Shown: piece after piece, positions 62,008 through 64,000 of the stretch | Numbering within the stretch: position 1 is the stretch's first letter | Layout of the letters: the number at the start of each line of letters is the position of its first letter | Source: Antedon mediterranea | Lineage: Eukaryota > Animalia > Echinodermata | Direction: 5' to 3' | Length of the DNA stretch: 64,000 bases | NCBI RefSeq assembly: GCF_964355755.1 | Contig: NC_092670.1 | Span: 6,562,201-6,626,200, forward strand | Made by a program: the position numbers and the translations under genes | The notes under the pieces: generated by a model | The model's input: the letters and a program-made list of their open reading frames with translations, nothing else | Database searches by the model: none | Told to the model about the DNA's origin: nothing

Positions 62008-63915
62008 AAATAAATTTATTGTCATATAAAAACATTTACATTGAAATGAATTGAATGGTTTCGGCTAACAACAAATAAATAGGACTTAAACTACATTATT
62101 TATTGAAATTCTTGATTTTAGTAAAAACTAAACCTACTCTGTTTCACACTGTCTCAGATGATTAACAACATTATAAAGTATACTATTTATTGTTTGTCAG
62201 GGCCCGCCCGTATAGGAGGAGGTGAGGAGGCGGAGTTCCTTTAAGGGAGGTGCTTATTCGAGGATACTTTAATTTTTTAGTTGTAATAATAGGGTAACAT
62301 TTATAATCAAATAGAATCCTCTAATAGATATGAAATTGGTAAAAAGAATAACAAATGCTTGGTAAATTGTAAATAACAGTCCGATGAATTCTATAGTATA
62401 ATTGTGTTATAAATATAATACAATATTGTGTTTTTGTTGTGTGTATAAATGTGGATGGGCGGTTCTAAGTGATATTTTATTGGAGAGGTATTGGCTGTTT
62501 ATTCAAATAAATACCATCCTAATTGGTATAGTTAAAACATTATTTAGTTAGTTAGAAACTAACTTCCGTGGCACAGTGAGCCGTTTCGTTTCGGCCTAAG
62601 AAAGAAGACGTTAAAAGGCTTGTAATGCGGGGAGGGGCGTACGCACGAAAGAGGGGTGGGTTTGGGAGGGGACTGGATTTGGGAGTGGGTGTCCCCCCCC
62701 CCCATCGTGTCCCCCTCCCGAGCCTCAGTTTCCATTACATGTAATAACAATGTCACATAATGTAAATTTAAATAAATCCTTCCTAAATACTCTAATACGG
62801 ATCTTTTTCGACGAACTAATAATAAACTTTGATCGAAAAACACTTCATTTGGTATTGCGGCACTCCGAAAATGCCTCGATAGTGCATGTGTTTAGTGTAC
62901 GACTGTGCTTTGGTGGTCTGTTTAACCTCAGATATATACCCTATAGCCGGGTGAATAACTCAATGTAATTTAGTATACAATGATTGCCGTAATCGCCGTG
63001 TCTATAACACAAATCAATAAAATGCCAAATACGCCACACGCGTTTTTTCGGCCGTGTACATAGAACAAGACATTTCATGTTTATGTTATGCCTATGAAAT
63101 AATAATAAAAAAAGAACATCATGTTTCTCGTATTTTTTATCGTTTATACGGCAAACCATTATATAAAAAACCTTCATACGCAAGAAAAAAGTTCACGATA
63201 TTACACTCTACTCCGTACAGGGGTGTAAATATACAGGTCCGCGCTAACGCTTGCACACGGACCAGGGCGGAAAATGGTGTATATTTGGAGAGTGATGACG
63301 TCAGCATTCACACGAGGAGCGAGCTAAGACAACGTGATGCTGGTAGTGGGACTCGAGCATGCATGTGTTTTGAAAATAACTCAGTTGTGGGTATTTTCCG
63401 AAGATTTTAAATCGCGTTTTTTTTTTAACTCTTGAATTCATAAATAGTAATTAAACTCTTACCTCTTTCACTATATAAGTTTTCATTTATTATTATTATT
63501 ACTATGTAGGCCTATTTACAGAACTATAGCTCTAGCCTATTCTTCTTAATTAAAATAGTCAAGTGCGTCGAATCCGCGTCTAGTGACGGTCGCGGGTTTG
63601 GTGCATCTTTTTTTCCCTTTAGAATTAAAGGGGGTGGCTAGCCACCATATTCACCCCCTAGATCCAGTTTTATGCGCGAAAAGAAACGTGACCAGACCCT
63701 GTTTTATGGTTAGGGCCAACCGCTTCCTTTTTCCCAATCGAACCCCCACCCAAACCAATTTAATCGACAACATGAACCCGGAAATGACTTCTACCACGTA
63801 CGATTGAAAATTTACCGATGAAATCAGAAATGTTGTTTTAAAACATTTTATAATATCTTCATAAGATAGAAATATGCAACAATATCATAATATTGAGAAC
63901 TAATGTTATCAAATC
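62008..63915. repeat. ~1.9-kb dispersed intronic repeat, copy 2
   Basis: Matches copy 1 but lacks about 42682-42735 and 43744-43999. Confidence 0.9.
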
Positions 63916-64000
63916 ATTTAAACTTTCAATTGAGAGTAGATAATTATATTTGATATACTAGGCCAATGTATTAAATACAATTGTGTATTATGATTACAAC

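Overview
AT-rich, intron-rich animal genomic DNA. It is most consistent with an invertebrate deuterostome such as an echinoderm, which is an inference from the hyalin-repeat content. Most ORF-track entries are single exons extended into introns, or antisense shadows. Splice-site reading gives two + strand genes. Gene 1 (<177..37711, N-terminus upstream of the window, 62 exons, about 4,890 aa visible) is a giant adhesion GPCR: 48 one-exon-one-domain HYR (hyalin repeat) modules, then EGF, Ig, SEA (GSVI motif), HormR-like, GAIN/GPS (HL|TNFAILM) and a secretin-like 7TM. Its first 33 HYR exons form a recent higher-order tandem array (12-exon unit ABCD-ABCDEFGH) with a recombinant exon and a 2.4-kb minisatellite grown from a single paralogous intronic unit. 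Gene 2 (41236..>61935) encodes signal peptide, HYR, 3x[micro-exon linkers, somatomedin-B, CUB], HYR, HYR, HYR and runs out of the window; it may be a tandem paralogous receptor. Its introns carry an RTE-like LINE relic, paired MITEs, a long-TIR element, a Penelope-like element with a degenerate hammerhead motif and a duplicated ~2-kb element.
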